Assembly: GCF_006345805.1 (NCBI RefSeq)
Contig: NC_043016.1
Coordinates: 3,596,001 to 3,660,000 of the forward strand
Direction of reading: 5' to 3'
Length of the DNA: 64,000 nucleotides
From: Octopus sinensis
Taxonomy: Eukaryota
Position 1 is the first letter of the stretch. The number at the start of each line of letters is the position of its first letter. Both the position numbers and the translations under genes were made by a program. Of this stretch, positions 63,701-64,000 are shown piece after piece. The notes under the pieces were generated by a model. The model did not search any database. It was given only the letters and a program-made list of their open reading frames with translations, and was not told where the DNA came from.

Positions 63701-64000
63701 TATTGGTAGTATCCTGATTGCGATTACGAATTGCCATTACAAAGACTGGTGCCGTCTATTTGCTTGTTGTTCTTGCAGTCATAAGAATTGTAGCATTTTC
63801 TGTTTAAGTATGATGTTTTATGTTTTTGCACTTAGAATAACAGTTGGAAGAAATATAATCTCAAAGTTTATTGGTGCTTGGTGTGCATGTATACTTATAC
63901 AGGCGCACGCACAATCACACCCCACCACACACACATACACACAAACACAAATAACATATATATACACACAGACATACACATATATGACCACACCCACCCA

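Overview
AT-rich, microsatellite-dense eukaryotic DNA with no recognisable host exon, rRNA, true tRNA gene or CRISPR array. The repeat content most resembles a coleoid cephalopod (Octopus-like) intergenic or intronic region; this is an inference, not a search result. Much of the window is nested, mostly decayed transposons: R4/Dong-clade non-LTR elements, Penelope-like elements (PLEs), CR1, L1/Tx1 and RTE LINEs, a Ty3/Gypsy element, mariner/Tc1 elements, Helitron and Helentron derivatives, and several tRNA-derived SINEs. There is a 100-N gap at 50925-51024. The most interesting observations are: (i) a PLE in a ~1.15 kb inverted repeat carrying ~1 kb of 3' tail; (ii) R4/Dong elements and a non-coding ~530-bp element that sit in A-rich trinucleotide microsatellites with the same polarity; (iii) a SINE with a TSD whose tail was swapped for a CR1 3' end; (iv) several degenerate minimal hammerhead-ribozyme motifs; (v) an ORF1-only (HAL1-like) Tx1 derivative. 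I found no intact, clearly novel protein-coding system. All family calls come from motif recognition by eye, and boundaries are approximate unless a TIR or TSD is quoted.
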